A stretch of 64,000 nt of DNA from Thermodesulfobacteriota bacterium (GTDB lineage Bacteria > Desulfobacterota > Binatia > Bin18): contig OZ219926.1 in NCBI GenBank assembly GCA_964291405.2, positions 4,768,001 to 4,832,000 on the forward strand, written 5' to 3'. This document shows positions 48,850-58,881 of the stretch, piece after piece. The position numbers and the translations under genes were made by a program. The notes beneath the pieces are model-generated. The model saw only the letters and a program-made list of their open reading frames with translations, was not told the origin of the DNA and did not search any database. The number at the start of each line of letters is the position of its first letter. The first letter of the stretch is position 1.

Positions 48850-49941
48850 ATGTCACACCCCCTGCGCTTCGGGACCTATGTCGAGTTTCAATGCCCCCCC
48901 GGTAAAGACCACGCCCAGTTAATCGAAGACGTGATCGCCCTCGGTATTCATGCCGACCAGAACGACTTCTCCGTTTTTACCACGCTCGAACACCCGTTCT
49001 TTGAACAGTTTGCCATTAACCCCAATCCGTTGGCCCTATATTGCACTCTAGCCGAGCGGACCACTCAGATTCGCTTTCGTACGCTGTGCCATACGCTGCC
49101 GCTGCATAATCCCATGATTCTGGCGGGCGAAATCGCGGAAGCGGATATCCTGACCAAGGGCCGGATTGAGTGCGGAGTCGGGCGGGGGCACGCCTGGCTG
49201 AATGAACCGGCCAATATCGTGCTGGAAGAAAATCAGGAGCGCTATGTCGAAGCACTCGATATTCTGATCAAGGCCTGGACAGAAGAGCGGTTCTCGTACG
49301 ACGGTAAGTATTACCAGGTCAAAGACCTGTCGGTAGTGCCCAAACCCTACCAGAAACCGCATCCCCAAATTTTCCAGGTCGGTACCAGCGCCAAGTGGTT
49401 CAGCCTGGCGGCCGAGAGAGAGTGGGGCGTGTGCATTGGCGGTCCGGCTCCAAGCTCGGTGTTTCGGGAGCCGGCTGCGCTGTACCGGCAGGCATGTCAG
49501 GAGGCCGGAAAACCCTCTTATCTTGGCTGGGTCAAGGCCATCTATATTGCCGAGGACGACCAGACCGCCCTGCACGAGGCCGAACAGCCGGTTCGCAATT
49601 TTATCGATTTCAACGTGTCGCCCATGGACTCGCTGGCCAGAAACACCCCGGCGGAAAAACAGCGTCTGGTCGATGCCGGCTATGCGTTTTACGCTGCGGA
49701 TGATTTCCCGAACTTGCGCAATCTCTCGTATGAGGAACTCGTCGCGGCCGGCATTGTGTGTGTTGGGTCGCCGGACACCGTGGGCAAACAACTGCTCGCG
49801 CTGTGGAAAGAGTTTCGGTTCGATGAAATGATCGTGATCAGCCACTATGGCGGCATTGACAAAGACCGGGCGCTGAGAACGCAGGATTTATTCGCCAAAA
49901 AAGTGATGCCCATGATGCAGGCTGCAGTACAAAATGCGTAA
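48850..49941 (+). CDS. Luciferase-like (LLM) monooxygenase
   Basis: EH, LPLHNP..LA, GR...GVGRG and PKPYQKPHP. Confidence 0.88.
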   Translation: MSHPLRFGTYVEFQCPPGKDHAQLIEDVIALGIHADQNDFSVFTTLEHPFFEQFAINPNPLALYCTLAERTTQIRFRTLCHTLPLHNPMILAGEIAEADILTKGRIECGVGRGHAWLNEPANIVLEENQERYVEALDILIKAWTEERFSYDGKYYQVKDLSVVPKPYQKPHPQIFQVGTSAKWFSLAAEREWGVCIGGPAPSSVFREPAALYRQACQEAGKPSYLGWVKAIYIAEDDQTALHEAEQPVRNFIDFNVSPMDSLARNTPAEKQRLVDAGYAFYAADDFPNLRNLSYEELVAAGIVCVGSPDTVGKQLLALWKEFRFDEMIVISHYGGIDKDRALRTQDLFAKKVMPMMQAAVQNA

Positions 49942-50062
49942 ACCGGCCAGACAGATGTATGCTGCACATTTCCAGAAACCAGCGCTCGCCAGCCGCGGGG
50001 GGCCACCGGGCCGGGGTGGGTTCCTTTCTGCATCCCGCATCACACGCCAGATAGGGGGGGAT

Positions 50063-51289
50063 ATGACAACCGCTATCTTTGATGTCAATAAACGTTGGTC
50101 GGAAGAGTATCCCGAGTTGGGAACCGACCCCGTGCCAACCGAACCCTGTATTTCTCCCGCCTATTTTGAGTTGGAGCGCGAACGGGTATTCCGCAAAGTC
50201 TGGCTGTACGTGGGCCGTGCGGAAGAAATCCCCCGTCCCGGCGACTATATGGTGCGTAACCTTAAAGCCTGTCGAACTTCGGTGATTTTTGTTCGTGGGC
50301 AAGACGGCACCATCCGTGGCTTTCATAATATCTGCTCTCATCGCGGCAATAAGCTCGCCTGGGAAGAGCGGGGAAGCTGCCGGAACTTTGCGTGCAAATT
50401 TCACGGCTGGGTCTATGATACGCAAGGCCAGTTGGTCGGCGTGCCGGATGAAGCGTTTTTTCACAATCTCGACAAAGCTGCCAACGGCCTGGTACCGGTG
50501 GCGACCGAACTCTGGCAGGGTTTTCTGTTTGTCCATATGGACCCGCAGCCGGCGCAGTCGCTGGAGGACTATCTGGGCGAGTTGGGCCAGCGCATGGGCA
50601 GCTTTCCGTATGCCGACCTGACTGCGCGGTACGCCTATCAAACCGAGATTCGGTGTAACTGGAAAGTCGCCTTGGACGCCTTCTCCGAGGGCTATCATGT
50701 GAACGTGATCCATGGTCAGTCCTACCCGGACACGTTTACGGGTAAGAACAACCCCATGTGTCATCTGCCCGAGGTGCGCTTCTATGGCCCACATCGCTCC
50801 TGCATTGTGTACGGCAACCCCAAGCACAAGCCGAGCCCGGCCGCGGCGGTAGCCTATCGATTCGGCGAAACGGTGACCAAACGGTCCGTGGCTCAAGACC
50901 AACTCCCACCTGAGGTGAACCCCACCCGGAGTGCGGAATTCGGCTTTGATCTGGACGTGATCTTTCCCAACCTGATTCTACACGTTCTGCCGGGCATGTG
51001 GTTCACGCATCAGTTCTGGCCGCTCGACGTGGACCGCACGCTGTGGGAAGGCCGCGCCTACTGGCCGCCGGCCACGACACCGGGCGAACGGTTTGCCCAG
51101 GAGTTTAATAACACGGTGCTACGGAACGCTTGGCTCGAAGACACGGGGACCATGGAAGCAACCCAGGAGGCGCTCTCCTCCGGAGTGAAAACCCACTTCC
51201 ATCTACAAGAGCAGGAAATCCTGATCCGCCACAGCTATAAAGTGCTCGAAGACTACGTTGGCTTTTACACCGCCAACGGAAACGCCTAG
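50063..51289 (+). CDS. Rieske non-heme iron ring-hydroxylating oxygenase, alpha subunit
   Basis: CSHRG...CKFHGW Rieske site and NWK...EGYHV..IH mononuclear iron site. Confidence 0.93.
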   Translation: MTTAIFDVNKRWSEEYPELGTDPVPTEPCISPAYFELERERVFRKVWLYVGRAEEIPRPGDYMVRNLKACRTSVIFVRGQDGTIRGFHNICSHRGNKLAWEERGSCRNFACKFHGWVYDTQGQLVGVPDEAFFHNLDKAANGLVPVATELWQGFLFVHMDPQPAQSLEDYLGELGQRMGSFPYADLTARYAYQTEIRCNWKVALDAFSEGYHVNVIHGQSYPDTFTGKNNPMCHLPEVRFYGPHRSCIVYGNPKHKPSPAAAVAYRFGETVTKRSVAQDQLPPEVNPTRSAEFGFDLDVIFPNLILHVLPGMWFTHQFWPLDVDRTLWEGRAYWPPATTPGERFAQEFNNTVLRNAWLEDTGTMEATQEALSSGVKTHFHLQEQEILIRHSYKVLEDYVGFYTANGNA

Positions 51290-51298
51290 AGGCGAGCC

Positions 51299-51640
51299 AT
51301 GGCCACCATCCTACCCAAACCGTTTGCCGACCTCGAAGTCTTTGTGGCGGACTGGTCGCTGGCGACCCAGCGTGAGCGGGAACGACAGCGGTCTGCCAGC
51401 ACCGCCGGAGAGCTTACGACCCTATACCAGGTCCTGCTGCCTCGGCTCGATGCCATGCTGGAATACTTAAACCAGTACGAACTCGGCCGGCTTCCGGCCG
51501 ACGCCAAGCGGCTCTTCTATCTCAGCCTGTCGTTTGCCGAGATCGCCCCGTTTGTGGAGTGTTACAAGGGCGAACCGCGGGTGCCCAACAGCTTTGACGA
51601 GTCCCGTTTTATTGCGGTCCACGCCGACCGCCTACCTTGA
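51299..51640 (+). CDS. Hypothetical protein coupled to the Rieske oxygenase
   Basis: 113-aa ORF (LP..F.DLE.F..W.L...ER...R) tightly coupled within the operon. Confidence 0.65.
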   Translation: MATILPKPFADLEVFVADWSLATQRERERQRSASTAGELTTLYQVLLPRLDAMLEYLNQYELGRLPADAKRLFYLSLSFAEIAPFVECYKGEPRVPNSFDESRFIAVHADRLP

Positions 51641-51654
51641 TGGAGAGGGTCCAT

Positions 51655-52152
51655 ATGGCTGAGGTCGATGTCCAGCAACTCGCCGCCCGCGTCCAACGCC
51701 TGGAAGACATTGAGGCGATCAAGCTCCTTGTGGTGCGCTACGCCCAGGGCGCAGACCGGGGTAATGATCCCGACATCATGGTCCCCCTGTTTGCGGACAC
51801 CGGAGTCTGGGATGGGGGAGAACGCTTTGGGATCTACACCGGTAAGGAGGCCATTCGCCAGTTTCTGGCCGAGTCAGGCGCGTTTATCGGCTGGACCCTG
51901 CACTATATGGTTTCGCCCGCGGTAGACGTGGACCCAGGCGGCCAGACGGCCAGAGCGTTCTGGTATTTATGGGAAACGGCTAATATGCCCAACCGGGAGA
52001 CCGGAGAAGACGACGCCTTTTGGATCGGCGGCACCTATGAGAGCGAGTTGGCCAAACAGGCCGACGGGGCGTGGAAGTTTACCCGCGTGGCCCTCAATCT
52101 CAAACTGCTGAGCCCGTATGCGGAGGGCTGGGCCAAGAAACAGTTGCCCTGA
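51655..52152 (+). CDS. SnoaL/NTF2-like protein
   Basis: LEDIEAIK.L..RY...D, G.Y and WKF. Confidence 0.82.
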   Translation: MAEVDVQQLAARVQRLEDIEAIKLLVVRYAQGADRGNDPDIMVPLFADTGVWDGGERFGIYTGKEAIRQFLAESGAFIGWTLHYMVSPAVDVDPGGQTARAFWYLWETANMPNRETGEDDAFWIGGTYESELAKQADGAWKFTRVALNLKLLSPYAEGWAKKQLP

Positions 52153-52172
52153 GAGAGAGGAGACGAAAAACC

Positions 52173-53297
52173 ATGAGTATTGAGACCGCCGCCTATATTG
52201 CGATCGACCGTTCCAAAACACTCCAGGAAGAACCGGCCTGTGGGCATAATCGATGGCATCCCGATATCGCGCCGATCTCGGAAGTCGAGCCCGGCCAGGT
52301 GGTCGGGCTGGAAACGCGGGATGCCTTTGACGGCTTTATTAGCCCGGCAACCACGGCGGCTGATTTGCAAAACGCCAACCTGGGTGTCGTGCATCCGCTG
52401 ACCGGACCGGTCTATGTCAAAGGCGCGCAACCCGGCGATATCCTGGAAGTCACCCTGGTTGAAATCGAGCCCCAACCCTTTGGCTTTACCGTCCAGGTGC
52501 CGGGCTTCGGGTTTTTACGCAGCGACTTCACCGAGCCGTATATCGTGCGGTGGACTATTGAGAACGGCTTTGCGACTTCCGACGACCTGCCTGGGGTGCG
52601 CATTCCCGGCGCGCCGTTTATGGGTGTTATCGGCCTGGCGCCCTCGCACGAACTGCTGCAACAGATTAACCAGCGCGAAGCCGAGTTGGCCGAACGTGGG
52701 GGTGTAGTCTTGCTACCGGAGGCCAAAGACGCGGTTCCCGCAGATATGGGGATTGCCTCCACTGCCATGCGTACCATTGCCCCGCATGAGACGGGCGGGA
52801 ATCTCGATATCAAGCAGCTCACCAAAGGGACGACCATCCGCTTCCCTGTCTCTACACCGGGTGGCTTACTCTCGGTTGGCGATGCCCATTTTGCTCAGGG
52901 AGACGGAGAATCCTGCGGGACCGCGGTCGAGATGGGCGCCACCTGTTACTGTTCCTTCAACATCCTCAAGGGCTTGGCGGCTCAGCACGATATCCGTGAA
53001 GTGCAGTTCTACCGTGAGGACTATTACACGTCGCCGGAAATGGCTGCGCCCAAACGCTTCTTTGCGACCACCGGCCAGTCGTATACGCGTGACGGTGTGG
53101 CCCACTCCGAGGACGCTACCCTGGCAGCGCGCAACGCCTTGCTCAATATGATCGACCACCTGGTGAGTGAGCGCGGCTATACCCGCCAGCAGGCCTACGC
53201 CATTTGTAGCGTGGCGGTGGACCTGAAGGTCAGCGAACTGGTTGATGTCCCGAACTTTGTGGTCTCGGCCTTCTTACCGCTCGATATTTTCGTGTGA
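52173..53297 (+). CDS. Acetamidase/formamidase family protein
   Basis: HNRWHP, HPLTGP, GGNLD and GDAHFAQGDGE. Confidence 0.92.
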   Translation: MSIETAAYIAIDRSKTLQEEPACGHNRWHPDIAPISEVEPGQVVGLETRDAFDGFISPATTAADLQNANLGVVHPLTGPVYVKGAQPGDILEVTLVEIEPQPFGFTVQVPGFGFLRSDFTEPYIVRWTIENGFATSDDLPGVRIPGAPFMGVIGLAPSHELLQQINQREAELAERGGVVLLPEAKDAVPADMGIASTAMRTIAPHETGGNLDIKQLTKGTTIRFPVSTPGGLLSVGDAHFAQGDGESCGTAVEMGATCYCSFNILKGLAAQHDIREVQFYREDYYTSPEMAAPKRFFATTGQSYTRDGVAHSEDATLAARNALLNMIDHLVSERGYTRQQAYAICSVAVDLKVSELVDVPNFVVSAFLPLDIFV

Positions 53298-53326
53298 GGC
53301 TACCGCTGACGGTGGAGGACCAGCCG

Positions 53327-53992
53327 ATGAAACGTATCCGCCACGACTTCATGCAAACCGCGCGCGACCGCGCCAAAGCTGCTATTCGGGACGGTCGCAC
53401 CCAAGACGCACTGAAGGCCGTTGACGACATCTGGGAAGAAGGCCGGCCGATTCACGACCTGTACGGTGATATGTCCGCGGTTTTTCTCGATTATATCCAG
53501 GAAAAGCTGGGTGAGGACGCGGTGGAAGAAGCCTGGCGCTATGTGGGCGAAAAACTCTGGCGGCCGGTGCTGGAAGCCTACCGGGACAAAGACCCGACCC
53601 TGCTGGCCACAACCTATGCCATGTTCCTGCGCTCGCACGGCTACGACTTTACCTGCGAAGAAGACGATGAGAAGTTCCAGTTTCTGCTGCACTACTGCCC
53701 GAGTGGAGGGCGCATGCTCCAGGAAGGCAAGGCCGCAACCTCCGAGCGTCATCCCACGGCACTGGGGGTGACGAGGCAGCCTCATGCCTGGAGTTTCCAC
53801 CAAAAAGACGTCCTGTATTACTGCGGGCATACCAAGCTCTGGTTTGATACCCAGCCCAGGGAATGGGGCATGGATGTGTTCCAATCGGAGTATGGCGAGT
53901 TCAACGATAAAGGCGAGGTGGTAGGGCGGCCCTGCGCGGTCACGATTTATAAACAGCCGCGTAACGGTTCTGCCGGAACCGAGCAACACTAG
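53327..53992 (+). CDS. Hypothetical protein (V4R/ATC-hydrolase-like Cys/His pattern)
   Basis: RBS GGAGG; motifs HD, RSH, CPSGG, YCGH and PC. Confidence 0.6.
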   Translation: MKRIRHDFMQTARDRAKAAIRDGRTQDALKAVDDIWEEGRPIHDLYGDMSAVFLDYIQEKLGEDAVEEAWRYVGEKLWRPVLEAYRDKDPTLLATTYAMFLRSHGYDFTCEEDDEKFQFLLHYCPSGGRMLQEGKAATSERHPTALGVTRQPHAWSFHQKDVLYYCGHTKLWFDTQPREWGMDVFQSEYGEFNDKGEVVGRPCAVTIYKQPRNGSAGTEQH

Positions 53993-53995
53993 TAC

Positions 53996-54676
53996 ATGGC
54001 AAGAGGCGACCATCTCAGCGTGCGGCGTGGCTGGTACACCCACCACGCGATTGATCTCGGAGACGGCTATGTCGTGCAATACGGGCGTGGTGTGTCGGAT
54101 GGCGTCGGCGCAACGGTCCAGGTCTGTTCCTATGAAATATTTGCCAAAGGCCGTCCGATTGAGACCGTCGCCTCTCCGGCCCTATATGATGCGCGAGAAG
54201 TCGCGCTCCGGGCGCTGAGCTGCCTCGGCGAGCGGGACTATCACATTCTGTGGAATAACTGCGAGCATTTCGTTACCTGGTGTCGTAGCGGCAATCGCCA
54301 GAGTCAGCAGGCGGACCACTTCATGCAGACCGCCTCCGAAGTGGTGACAAAGGTGGCCGTTGGATTAGTCGCCACGGGTGTGGCCAGACTGGCAATCAAG
54401 GCTTCATCCAGACTCTCAACCAAAGCCGCGAGCAGAACGGTAGCGACCCCCTGGCTGATTGCCGCGGATGCCGCCCAACTGATTGCCGAATCCACGGCGA
54501 GCGCGCTCGGACGAGAGAAAAACGTGGCGAAACGTACCGGCCAAGCGGTTGGGGCCGGCACCTCGGCCGGGATAGGGGCGCTCACTGCCGGTCCGGTCGG
54601 CGTGGCGCTCGCCGTCGGCCTGTGGGCAGTCGGTGAAGCAGTCGGAACAGCGCTCTCGTCCAGGGAACAAGACTGA
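53996..54676 (+). CDS. LRAT/NC-domain (permuted NlpC/P60) protein with a Gly/Ala-rich hydrophobic tail
   Basis: GDHL...YTHHAI..G and Y....NNCEHF..WC..G...S.Q. Confidence 0.85.
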   Translation: MARGDHLSVRRGWYTHHAIDLGDGYVVQYGRGVSDGVGATVQVCSYEIFAKGRPIETVASPALYDAREVALRALSCLGERDYHILWNNCEHFVTWCRSGNRQSQQADHFMQTASEVVTKVAVGLVATGVARLAIKASSRLSTKAASRTVATPWLIAADAAQLIAESTASALGREKNVAKRTGQAVGAGTSAGIGALTAGPVGVALAVGLWAVGEAVGTALSSREQD

Positions 54677-54687
54677 AAAGGAAAAGC

Positions 54688-55575
54688 ATGGCGCACGAAC
54701 CTCTGGTGTATATCAACGGCGAGTATAAACCTCTGAGTCAGGCTGGCGTTTCTGTGCTTGACCAAGGCTTCCTGCTGGGCGACGGCGTGTTTGACGTGGT
54801 CTCGGCCTGGCGGGACACGATCTTCAAACTCGACGAACATCTCGACCGATTTTTTCAGTCTCTTCAGGCCGCGCGGCTGACGACCGCCATGACGCGGGAC
54901 GAGTGGCGCCGGGCGATCGTTGAAACCGTGCGCCGCAACGAACTGCACGATGCGACTATCCGCTTTATCGTGACAAGAGGTGTTGCCAAACAGGTGGTTG
55001 CCGACCCGCGCGATTACGATCCGACCATTATTATCTGGGCGGCACCGTATATCTTCTTAGCAGACGAGGAAAAACGGAATACCGGTATCCGGCTGTTTAT
55101 CAGTCATTTGCGCAGCTTTACGCCCGACACGCTCGACCCACGATACAAATGTCTGGACCGTCTGCATTTCCAGCTCGCCAAGATTGAAGCCCTAGAGGCT
55201 GGTTATGACGATGTGATCTGGCTGTCCGCCGACGGCTATGTGGGCGAAGGTCCGGCCTCGAATGTCTTTCTGGTCCGACAGGGGACGCTCTACACTCCTG
55301 GACGACAGGTGTTGCGCGGCATCACCCGCCAGACCTTTCTTGACCTGGCCCAAGAGGCCGACATCCCTGCGGTCGAAGGGGATGTCTCGGCCTTCGATCT
55401 CTACTCTGCGGACGAAGTGTTTACCTGTAGCACCGCGGGTGGAGCCTTGGCGGTGCGGGAAGTGGCTGGGCGTCCCCTGCAGGGTGCCGTGCCCGGTCCG
55501 TTGACTCAGCGCCTCAATCGTCTGTATTGGCAGTTGCGCGAATCCGGGAGGCATGGGACGCCGATCTATACCTAA
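54688..55575 (+). CDS. Class IV PLP aminotransferase (IlvE/Dat-like)
   Basis: D.GF.LGDGVF, H.DR, K, EG...N.F, L.GITR and ADEVF. Confidence 0.9.
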   Translation: MAHEPLVYINGEYKPLSQAGVSVLDQGFLLGDGVFDVVSAWRDTIFKLDEHLDRFFQSLQAARLTTAMTRDEWRRAIVETVRRNELHDATIRFIVTRGVAKQVVADPRDYDPTIIIWAAPYIFLADEEKRNTGIRLFISHLRSFTPDTLDPRYKCLDRLHFQLAKIEALEAGYDDVIWLSADGYVGEGPASNVFLVRQGTLYTPGRQVLRGITRQTFLDLAQEADIPAVEGDVSAFDLYSADEVFTCSTAGGALAVREVAGRPLQGAVPGPLTQRLNRLYWQLRESGRHGTPIYT

Positions 55576-55603
55576 ATACGCCTGAGGCGCGAGCAGAGGA
55601 CGC

Positions 55604-56005
55604 ATGCCTAAAAAGAAAGTCGTGCATACGGCTGACAGCTTTGAGATCAAAAAATCGCCTGGCCGTGGAAAGGGCGTGTTTGCCAAAATTCGCATCAAGA
55701 AAGGCGAGACCATAGGCTATTATACCGGCGAGATCATTCGAGACTGGCACTCGAATCGGGAACCTTACCGCTCCTCGCGCTATCTGATGTGGGTGTGCAA
55801 AGATCACTGGATTAACGCTGTAGGCCCACAATCGAACTACACGCGCTATATCAATCACAGTGACACACCCAACGCCGAACTGATCGTCTCGACGCGTTGG
55901 AAAACGGCCCGGATCGTCAGCCTACGCACCATTCCACCTGGCGAGGAAATTTTCTATAGCTACGGTGACGAGTACTGGGAGGTCATGGAAATCGATCCGC
56001 TCTAA
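55604..56005 (+). CDS. SET-domain protein-lysine methyltransferase
   Basis: GKGVFA, YTGE, RYINHS..PN and GEEI..SYG..YW. Confidence 0.92.
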   Translation: MPKKKVVHTADSFEIKKSPGRGKGVFAKIRIKKGETIGYYTGEIIRDWHSNREPYRSSRYLMWVCKDHWINAVGPQSNYTRYINHSDTPNAELIVSTRWKTARIVSLRTIPPGEEIFYSYGDEYWEVMEIDPL

Positions 56006-56057
56006 AGAGTAAACGTGTCCTCCAATCAGCATAGAGATGCTGGACACGTTTACTCTT
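56004..56057. repeat. Palindromic REP/MITE-like element, copy C (inverted relative to A and B)
   Basis: aagagtaaacgtgtcc...ggacacgtttactctt with perfect 16-bp arms. Confidence 0.8.
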
Positions 56058-56170
56058 CGACTCACACGTATTCACAATCCGCAACCCTGTCTTGAGCGAT
56101 TGTATCCGAAAATGGTACATTCCGGCCTAACATTGACGAGTAACCGGAAACACGTCAGGAATAGGAGGGC

Positions 56171-56731
56171 ATGATGGCTAATCGGCGAGAAACCGCAACC
56201 CTGGGAGCGGGCTGTTTCTGGTGTATTGAGGCGGTGTATTTGGAGGTCGAAGGCGTCGAGAGCGTGGTGTCCGGGTATACGGGCGGCGCGGTCGACCATC
56301 CCAGCTACGAAGCGGTCTGCTCGGGGACAACCGGACACGCCGAGGTCGCTCAGATTGTCTTTGATCCCGAGATTATCTCGTTTACGGAAATCCTGGAAAT
56401 CTTCTGGCAGACCCACGACCCGACGACGCTCAATCGACAGGGCAATGACGTCGGGACGCAGTACCGCTCAGCCATCTTCTACCATGATGAAGAGCAGCAG
56501 CGTATAGCCGAGCAATCGAAAAAAGAAGCTGGTACCTCCGATCTGTGGATCAATCCGATCGTCACCGAGATCGTCCCGCTCACCACTTTTTATCCCGCGG
56601 AAGGCTACCATCAGAACTTCTATCAGCAGAATCCCTACCAGCCGTACTGCATGATGGTCATTCATCCCAAGATGCGAAAATTCCGTAAGGCGTTTGAAAG
56701 AAAGCTGAAAGCGTCAGCCTCGGCGGCCTAA
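56171..56731 (+). CDS. msrA: Peptide methionine sulfoxide reductase A
   Basis: GCFW, GHAE, HDPT, QYRS and AEGYHQ. Confidence 0.96.
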   Translation: MMANRRETATLGAGCFWCIEAVYLEVEGVESVVSGYTGGAVDHPSYEAVCSGTTGHAEVAQIVFDPEIISFTEILEIFWQTHDPTTLNRQGNDVGTQYRSAIFYHDEEQQRIAEQSKKEAGTSDLWINPIVTEIVPLTTFYPAEGYHQNFYQQNPYQPYCMMVIHPKMRKFRKAFERKLKASASAA

Positions 56732-56782
56732 GGGCAGCCTGCCGCTATACGAGCGGGGCATGTGGGCAGGAGGGGGAAGGGC

Positions 56783-57480
56783 ATGACTGCGACCTTGGAC
56801 TGGATGGGGTGTGCCACGTTTCGACTGACGCTGGACAATCAGGTCGTCATGCTGGATGCGTATATTGACCGGGTGCCCAGTGCCGCGCCGACCGGAGCGA
56901 CGGTTGACGCCATTCGGCAGGCCGACTGGATCGTGGTGGGTCACTCTCACTTCGACCATCTCTACGGGGCCGAGCGGATTGCCAAAAACACGGGTGCAAA
57001 AATTATTGGCTCATACGAGTCGATCCGGATTATGGCCGCGCAGGGTGTTCCCGAAGAACAGCTCCTGCCCGTAGCCGGTGGCGAAACCGTCCGTCTTTCC
57101 CCGGACGTAACGGTCACCGTCTACCCGAGTCAGTTGGGTTGCCGATATGAGCGGTGTGCGGTGAACTGGGTGTCACCTACCAGGAACAGCAGGAGAAGCT
57201 GCGGCTCAACGCCATTTTGCTTGAGCAGGGGGCCCGGGGTGACGCTATCTGTTCGTAGCACGGAAGCAAAGAATATCAGGGCACCCTGGCTCAATTCGTC
57301 GCCCAGCAGGCCGCGCTGCTCCGCCCGCGGCGCGTCATCCTGAGCCATCACGATAACTGGCTGCCCGGCTTTTCCCGCAAGATTGAAACTGCGCCCATCA
57401 AGGCAGAAATGGTCCGCCGCGCTCCGTATACCGAACTGGTCGAGTTGGGTTATATGAGCGCGTATCCGGTTTTTGCTTGA
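56783..57480 (+). pseudogene. MBL-fold metallo-hydrolase with a scrambled middle (pseudogene or assembly artefact)
   Basis: N-part has HSHFDH. C-part, in another frame, reads QGTLAQF..ILSHHDNWLPG. The middle contains copies of downstream sequence. Confidence 0.7.
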
Positions 57481-57573
57481 CACGCCTGCGTAGCACGGAA
57501 GCAAAGAATATGTTTTGCCACCGTGTCTAAGGCGTTGGGAAACAAAATCACGTCGAATAAACAGAGGTTTTTT

Positions 57574-58881
57574 ATGGGCTTGTTCGACAAGCTGATCAAT
57601 CGGGCGGAGTCGCTTTCCTCTCATATTCAAGACGCCGTCAGTGAGATCAAAGAGAGTTGGTCCCTGTCGGATGTCGAGCAGAAGCTGAGAATGGCTCTTG
57701 CACGAATGGTAGTTCAATTGGCAAAGCAATCTCCCAATGCTGAGACAGAAAGCCAACTGCGAAATAGCCACATGGCGATTCTTCTTGAACTTGCAAATGG
57801 TACGAGTAAAGTCGACCTCAATATTGATGAGGAAGATGAACTGATTGATATAGAACTCTCGAATCAACTCGACAATCTCGTCGAGTATCTCATAGATAAA
57901 CGTCCAGATATTTCTCCTCTCGTTGAGACTCTCCCGGTAGAACTCGCACCGATGATCCGTGAGATTGAAGGAATCTTGATTGAGATCAATGAGTTAGGGG
58001 AGGAAAACTCTCAGACATCCGTAGAACGACAGGCGCGTAGAGAAACGCTTGCGCACGAATATGCGGAGATGGCTGAGCAATCCGACTATTCGGAACTTGA
58101 GAAAACTACGGCGCTTGCTGACTTGGCCAAAACGATGAGCGTCGGGCGTTCAATTGTAGAAAGTCTCTACGATATTCCTCGGCTGGAGGCTGAGGTTCAT
58201 GAAAACCCCCATGATCCTATGGGCTACGTGAATTTAGCGGAAGCGTTTATCCGAAGTCGGACGACAGAAAATATCCGAAAAGGTATCGATGCTGTCATCA
58301 ACCCCAAGGCGTTCGTCGTTTCTGGAGTAGGCAGCATGATCCGTAAGGCCCAGGGGGGTATCGCCAAAGAGGTCGTGCTTGCGAGAACGAGCCTGTGCCT
58401 GAGTAGGCGTCACCTTGAACAAGACCCGATGGACTTTTGGGCCTTGGCTGCTGCGGGAAGGGCGTATTTATTACTCGGAGAGCCCTTGTTGGCGGCTCAA
58501 TACCTCAAAACAGCGGTATTGCTCAGACCGGATTGTGCGGATCTCTATTATTATTTAGCGCAGACCTATGCGACAAAAGAGTCGATGAAAAATGCTGTCT
58601 CATATTTGATCTATGGGGCAAAGCTCGGAAGCCAACGCTGTGCCGCCTCACTCCATGAGACAATAGAAGACTTTGAGGAGGAGGTGGAGGAGAGCCTTGA
58701 TCACTCAATCGAACTCCGTGAACGTCTGATGAAAGTGGTTGAAGAGCAGGAGAAAGAGGAAGAGGACACGGGAGTTCTCGGGCAGTTTCTTGAAGATAAG
58801 ACAAGGTCCTTTGGACGGCTTGGTAAACGCCTTGAGCGAGCAATGGACACGTTTGTCGGAGGCCGGGAGGAAACGCGATGA
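57574..58881 (+). CDS. Acidic helical protein with TPR-like repeats
   Basis: TPR-like units (ALAAAGRAYLLLGE..LA...LKTAV.L.P; LYYYLAQTY); lower GC than flanks. Confidence 0.7.
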   Translation: MGLFDKLINRAESLSSHIQDAVSEIKESWSLSDVEQKLRMALARMVVQLAKQSPNAETESQLRNSHMAILLELANGTSKVDLNIDEEDELIDIELSNQLDNLVEYLIDKRPDISPLVETLPVELAPMIREIEGILIEINELGEENSQTSVERQARRETLAHEYAEMAEQSDYSELEKTTALADLAKTMSVGRSIVESLYDIPRLEAEVHENPHDPMGYVNLAEAFIRSRTTENIRKGIDAVINPKAFVVSGVGSMIRKAQGGIAKEVVLARTSLCLSRRHLEQDPMDFWALAAAGRAYLLLGEPLLAAQYLKTAVLLRPDCADLYYYLAQTYATKESMKNAVSYLIYGAKLGSQRCAASLHETIEDFEEEVEESLDHSIELRERLMKVVEEQEKEEEDTGVLGQFLEDKTRSFGRLGKRLERAMDTFVGGREETR

